From Ignavibacteriota bacterium (GTDB lineage: Bacteria; Bacteroidota; Ignavibacteria; UBA10030; UBA6906), in the NCBI GenBank assembly GCA_963801355.1, contig CAWDEM010000005.1:1-11132 (forward strand): a stretch of DNA of 11,132 nt, given 5' to 3'. The notes beneath the pieces were generated by a model. That model was not told the origin of the DNA. It saw only the letters and a program-made list of their open reading frames with translations, and did not search any database. The position numbers and the translations under genes are program-made. This document shows, piece after piece, positions 6,987 to 11,132 of the stretch; position 1 is the first letter of the stretch; every line of letters begins with the position of its first letter.

Positions 6987-7874
6987 ATGCCCACGCGCGT
7001 TTCAGAATCCGGTTATCATGAAAATGCCGCACTGATCAACTCGTTCACAGGCTGGCTTCATCGCCATCAGATCGCACAGGAGTCAGCCCGTGCCTACGTT
7101 GCCGATGTCCGCCGCTTCCTCCGGTTCGCTGAACCTTTGATCACACATCAAGGCCCCACGGCTTTTGAACACCTGGAGGACATCAATGTCTCAGAGTACC
7201 GCGCTCGGCTCGTGGACTCCGGGCTGCAGCCCAGTACGGTCAAGAGGAACCTGATGGCCATCAGGAAGTTCTTCGACTTCCTGATCCAGCAAAGACTGGT
7301 AGCCTCAAATCCTGTCGCCGCAATCACCCCTTTGTACATCCCGGGTGATTCTATCCCCACAGAGAAGATCCTCGAAATGTTTGGCTACCTGCAGGCCCAC
7401 CAGATCGGCGACGGGCCAGATTCCATACGGTACCGCCGGGATGAACTGATACTCATCTGCCTGGTCCTTTTCGGCATCCGGTTCTACCAGATTCCCGGGC
7501 TCAGACCGTCGGCCATCACGCAGACAGGCAATGCGATGTGTCTCCGCGTCTCCTCGAAGGTCATAGTCGAGCTTCACATTGCATTTCTGGTGAAGCTGCG
7601 CGCCTACCTGAACCTCCGGCAATCACGTGCCGATGTCCTGTTTCTTGAGCCTGGTACCAAGAAGCCCGTCACATCGAAGAGCCTCCATGCCTTGCTCATC
7701 GAACTCAATTGCGCCATTCACGTTTCCTCTACGCCTCCATCCCTCTTCCACACGTTCCAGCGCCTGCAGAACTGCCACGAGGATACCCGAAGGATCTGGC
7801 AGAGTCTCGCTCCTGTCTCAAAGGTCCCGGGTATGCAGGAGGGAAACAATTCAACAGATCAACCATCCCGATGA
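6987..7874 (+). CDS. XerC/XerD-like tyrosine recombinase homolog, predicted catalytically inactive
   Basis: GAGGAG RBS before ATG 6987. SAM-like N-domain: SARAYVADVRRFLRF..LQPSTVKRNLMAIRKFFDFL..SNP. Box I: RDELIL...GIR. Box II HxLRH reads TPPSLFHTF; no LGH or catalytic Tyr follows in any + frame. Confidence 0.85.
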   Translation: MPTRVSESGYHENAALINSFTGWLHRHQIAQESARAYVADVRRFLRFAEPLITHQGPTAFEHLEDINVSEYRARLVDSGLQPSTVKRNLMAIRKFFDFLIQQRLVASNPVAAITPLYIPGDSIPTEKILEMFGYLQAHQIGDGPDSIRYRRDELILICLVLFGIRFYQIPGLRPSAITQTGNAMCLRVSSKVIVELHIAFLVKLRAYLNLRQSRADVLFLEPGTKKPVTSKSLHALLIELNCAIHVSSTPPSLFHTFQRLQNCHEDTRRIWQSLAPVSKVPGMQEGNNSTDQPSR

Positions 7875-7877
7875 TCC

Positions 7878-9365
7878 ATGGCCTACATCGAAAGTCATCA
7901 GCAGCTTCTCACGCACCCCAAGACGCTTGACCTTATGAGCCTTATGGGTTGGGACATCGACACCACGATCGGCAAACTCCAGAGGTTCTGGTGGTGGTGT
8001 CTCGAATACGCCCCGGAAGGGGATCTCCGGCGCCATAATGCAGCCAGACTCGGCGCGGCGGTCGGACTCCCGGTGGATCAGGCGGAGAAGTTCGTGAGCG
8101 CGATGGTTCAAGCGCGCTTTCTGGATACCTCTCCCTATTTCCGTGTCCACGACTGGTGGAGGTATGTCGGTCCCTTCCTACAGGTGAAGTACAAACGGTA
8201 TCCCAAGGTCTGGCAGCGAGTGAAGAACCTGTATCAGGACGAATACAGCGATGCCGACTCCAGCCAGGATGACCGGTGCAGCGCTCCCGGAAAAGGGCAA
8301 ATGTACCCGTGCAGCAACCGTACATCTGATCAGGAATCGATGTGCAGTACCGGTACGGATGTCCAATGTGAGAGGCATAGCGTCGGAGACAACGTTCAAG
8401 ATGGCACACCCGGTGCCGCTCAAAGTAACCAATCCGTCAAGGACAGTACCGGTGCATCTGTTGCGTGTACTCCGCGCAACAGCACTACAGAGTCACAGAA
8501 GGAGAGGTACAGTACCGGCACAATTGCTCAAAATGGCAGGTACAGTAACGGTACAAATGCAGAGAATGGAAGGTACAACAACGGTACAAGTGGAGGGAAT
8601 GGGAAGTACAGTAACGGTGCAAATGCACAGAACGGCAGGACCGGCAACGGTGCAGAATCTCAAAGTGGGGGGTACAGTACCGGCGAAAACGTGCAAATGT
8701 ACCGTTACTGTCCTGTTCCATCTAACCAATCTAGACTAACCAAAGCTGATCTGACCAAACCAGATATAACCATATCCAACCAAACCAACCAACAACAACC
8801 ACAACAACACCAACAACCGCGCGCGGATTTGTTTCAGGTTGCTGCCGGCATTGGTGATGGTGATTACCGCAGCAGCCGTGGCACAGACTCGAAGGTTGCT
8901 TTCCAGGAACAGCTCTCCGTTCAACCGGGCCGGCACCAGCAACAGCCCTCACCTATCCCACCCCTCGTAGAAGGGGCCGTGGCTGACACTGCCGGTCCGG
9001 GAGAACGACCGCCGACCCGTCCGCCGGGAAGCGGCCCGGACGTTGCTCATGGAGGCATCTCTCCCGCAACCGTCCGCGCCGGCTCCGATCAAGAGCTCGA
9101 GCGGATCCTCTATGACCGGATTGGCCGCAGGATACACCTTTCCCGGATGGACATGGAGAAGATCGAGGCCCTGCTGCGCAAACACGGACCTGCGTTTTTA
9201 TCCGCCTGTGACTCGCTCCACAGTGGAGTCACAAATCCGGCGGCATATCTCACTGCGATACTCGAACCCGGAAACGCACTCGAGGAGCTGGCTAAGAGGT
9301 TTGAGGCACTCGCCCTCGGACGGGGCTCACAGTCTGGAGAAAAGCCGGAGCTGCCCGATGATTGA
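7878..9365 (+). CDS. Phage-type replication initiator / replisome organizer-like protein
   Basis: N-terminus MAYIESHQQLLTHPKT...IGKLQRFWWWCLEYAPEGDL...FVSAMVQARFLD...VHDWWRY is typical of phage initiator wHTH domains. It has a low-complexity repeat linker, a LTKADLTKPDIT pentapeptide tract and a small C-terminal domain with VTNPAAYLTAIL. Confidence 0.75.
   Translation: MAYIESHQQLLTHPKTLDLMSLMGWDIDTTIGKLQRFWWWCLEYAPEGDLRRHNAARLGAAVGLPVDQAEKFVSAMVQARFLDTSPYFRVHDWWRYVGPFLQVKYKRYPKVWQRVKNLYQDEYSDADSSQDDRCSAPGKGQMYPCSNRTSDQESMCSTGTDVQCERHSVGDNVQDGTPGAAQSNQSVKDSTGASVACTPRNSTTESQKERYSTGTIAQNGRYSNGTNAENGRYNNGTSGGNGKYSNGANAQNGRTGNGAESQSGGYSTGENVQMYRYCPVPSNQSRLTKADLTKPDITISNQTNQQQPQQHQQPRADLFQVAAGIGDGDYRSSRGTDSKVAFQEQLSVQPGRHQQQPSPIPPLVEGAVADTAGPGERPPTRPPGSGPDVAHGGISPATVRAGSDQELERILYDRIGRRIHLSRMDMEKIEALLRKHGPAFLSACDSLHSGVTNPAAYLTAILEPGNALEELAKRFEALALGRGSQSGEKPELPDD
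8242..8711 (+). repeat. 33-bp (11-aa) tandem repeat array, iteron-like, about 14 degenerate units plus one inverted core
   Basis: Core GGTACAGTAMCGGTRCA at 8506, 8539, 8572, 8605, 8638 and 8671 (exact 33 period), with weaker units at 8242, 8275, 8308, 8341, 8374, ~8401, 8440 and 8473. TGTACCGTTACTGT at 8698-8711 is the exact reverse complement of 8542-8555. Confidence 0.88.
8723..8818 (+). repeat. A/C-rich strand-biased low-complexity tract (AACCA/CAA repeats)
   Basis: taaccaatctagactaaccaaagctgatctgaccaaaccagatataaccatatccaaccaaaccaaccaacaacaaccacaacaacaccaacaacc; a ~15-nt period followed by CAA repeats, with almost no G. Confidence 0.7.
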
Positions 9366-9789
9366 ACCCCGGTTCTTTCTCTCTGAGATGCAGCAACTCT
9401 GTCACGCATTCGGCAAGAAGCTTGACGTCGAGATGGTCTGGCAATACTACAGGGCATTGGGATATCTGACGGACACACAATTGACGCAACTTTTCCACTG
9501 GGCCAAGGAGAATGTCGAAACGGGATTTCCGAAAATCGCGACGCTTAAGAAATACGCCTCCTCGCAAGGATGGCACAGGGTGATCCCGAGGGATCCCAAG
9601 CGCAATCAGCTTGTCTATCTCGACTGCCCAGGGTGTGGTGCGAGCTCGGTGATGACGCGGCATGATCTTGAAAAAGCCGCGCGCGCGAACCGTTCATTCC
9701 GGTGCATCAATCATGACCTCGGGCATTGTCCTGTTGTTTTCTCCGCACGCGAACTACTCGAAAGGGAAGGGCCGTGGCACGATCGATGA
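9358..9789 (+). CDS. Small protein resembling phage helicase loader/inhibitor (G39P/P-like), with C-terminal Cys4 zinc ribbon
   Basis: True start is likely ATG 9358 (8-nt overlap with the initiator), not 9043. YYRALGYLTD...FPKIATL pattern, CPGC...CINHDLGHC, and position directly after the initiator. Confidence 0.6.
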   Translation: MIEPRFFLSEMQQLCHAFGKKLDVEMVWQYYRALGYLTDTQLTQLFHWAKENVETGFPKIATLKKYASSQGWHRVIPRDPKRNQLVYLDCPGCGASSVMTRHDLEKAARANRSFRCINHDLGHCPVVFSARELLEREGPWHDR

Positions 9790-10526
9790 TTCTGCCTCTG
9801 ATGCTGATGCTCGTCCTGCTATCCGCTGTCACACTTGTGAGCGCACAGGTGACCGGTGAGGCTCGCACGACTGCCACGAGCACCGCGGCAAATTCCATGG
9901 TCATGGAGGATTCCCTGGATCTGGATCTCCTGGATATCGAGATCCAGAAGGCACGGGAGAGCATCGTGCAGACCGACATCTGGCACCGTCTCATTCCCCG
10001 TGTCTCTCTGAGCGCGAGCCTCGGTGCGAAGGATCTCTTCTTCCTCGACCCGGCAACATCTCAAGGCTATCTGATTCCACGGGACACATACAGGCTGACT
10101 CTCAGTCTCTCGCTCTCGGATCTCCTGGATGCCTCAAAGCACACAGAGGCAATTCTCCAAATGGCGCGGCTCAAACATCTCCGCACGAAACTGCTTGACC
10201 GCCAGGACAAAGTCCGGCAGATCCTCATCAGGAAGCTTTCAGTCATTGAGCAGGAGACACGTCTGGCCACAGAAGAACTCCGAATGGTCAACGAGATCGT
10301 CCACTTCAGACAAATGCTTTTCGATCAAGGGAAGATCCATTTCGACGTGTTGATCAGGTCGAAGCTCGATCTCCTCAACGCCACACGATCACTCCACAGG
10401 TTGGATCTTCAGCAGTTTGAACTTCAGCTCCAGCAAGGCGGGATGTCAAACACAGCTGTTCCCGAGCCGCGAATGCGCGTGAGTCCAGAGGAGATGACTC
10501 CAGAGAGTCTCGATGGTGTGCAGTAA
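9786..10526 (+). CDS. TolC/outer-membrane efflux (OEP) family protein with a single repeat (246 aa)
   Basis: ATGA overlap at 9786. Signal peptide MILPLMLMLVLLSAVTLVSA|Q; LIPRVSLSASLG and YRLTLSLSL beta strands; coiled coil; FDQGKIHFDVLIRSKLDLLNA matching the F..G......L.A..L..A OEP motif. Confidence 0.8.
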   Translation: MILPLMLMLVLLSAVTLVSAQVTGEARTTATSTAANSMVMEDSLDLDLLDIEIQKARESIVQTDIWHRLIPRVSLSASLGAKDLFFLDPATSQGYLIPRDTYRLTLSLSLSDLLDASKHTEAILQMARLKHLRTKLLDRQDKVRQILIRKLSVIEQETRLATEELRMVNEIVHFRQMLFDQGKIHFDVLIRSKLDLLNATRSLHRLDLQQFELQLQQGGMSNTAVPEPRMRVSPEEMTPESLDGVQ

Positions 10527-11132
10527 TGGGAATTTCCAGAAATGCGGTTATCAGATAACCATGATTTCAGGGCAGGCAAGTTATCGCCGCATTTGCCCCA
10601 TATAAGAACAAATTTTCCCTGAACAGAACCAGACCTTGATCCGGGGAGCCGTGCAAATATTCGGAGAAATTCCGGCCTTGTACCTGAATCCGTTCACTCT
10701 TGCCGAATCGCAACATGATGGAATGCAGGGGTACATCGTCATCGGCTACCATCCTGAGCAATCGGCAAAAAGCTACGATCTGCTCTTCCTCCGCGGGCCA
10801 AAAGTCTATGAGTGTGTCACGCTCGATGAGGTTCACCGCGAGCATACAGACACAAATCTCGCACGCGCGCGTTTCGAGAGTTCACTACAACAAGACAAAA
10901 CGCTCGTCTATCTCTTCCGCGCCGATGAGACGCTAACGCAACAATTCATCTCGACCGTGTACACCGAGCCGATCATCAAAGTCAGAGTCGACTCACTCTC
11001 GAAGAAGCAGATCCAGAATCTCCTTCGCTCCGGCAACTGCCGTCGTGCGCTGGCTGAACGGAATGATTTCTCGCAGCTCTTGCCTTCCATTGAGTTTCTG
11101 GAGATGGATCCGTCATCCGTTGATCTGGAGTT
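10526..11132 (+). CDS. Hypothetical protein, partial (runs off the right edge); 5' end probably frameshifted
   Basis: One frame is open from 10606 to the end (EQIFPEQNQTLIRGAVQIFGEIPALYLNPF...YDLLFLRGPKVYECV...IEFLEMDPSSVDLE). The TAATG overlap at 10526 joins it if two single extra bases (ggg ~10529, aa ~10605) are removed. Otherwise it starts at TTG 10636 or GTG 10651. Confidence 0.65.

Noticed and set aside
6987-7874. Calling the gene xerC/xerD or an active integrase marking a prophage boundary
   Set aside because: Catalytic box II and Tyr are missing, and no tRNA, dif or att-like duplication is evident in the window.
8242-8711. CRISPR array
   Set aside because: The 33-bp period is too short, the repeats are degenerate and in frame within a CDS, and no cas genes are seen.
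9043-9357. N-terminal extension of the 9043..9789 ORF
   Set aside because: It overlaps the initiator C-terminus and has low-complexity S/P/R composition; ATG 9358 gives a normal coupled start.

Overview
Bacterial genomic window with three blocks. (1) 1-2598 (-) is the 5' part of a large secreted, repeat-built surface protein that the ORF track misses because it runs off the left edge: signal peptide, two ~240-aa Ig-like modules, then at least 4 IPT/TIG-like repeats. (2) 3543-5695 is an ECF sigma locus: two tandem DUF6249-like membrane proteins divergent from an ECF sigma, a zinc-finger anti-sigma and a small zinc-less anti-sigma-like protein. A pair of matching divergent promoters (TGAAAG-N17-CGTCTAATC) lies between them. 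(3) 5718-end holds a degenerate, multiply frameshifted sigma54-activator-like AAA+/Fis-HTH gene and two palindromic 18-bp direct repeats. These precede a tightly coupled operon: a catalytically dead Xer-like tyrosine recombinase, a phage-type replication initiator with an internal 33-bp iteron-like array (one copy inverted), a helicase-loader-like Zn-ribbon protein, a half-size TolC-like protein and an unknown ORF. Block 3 is the best candidate for an undescribed system, possibly a domesticated phage replication module joined to secretion genes. All family calls are by eye from motifs; no searches were run.
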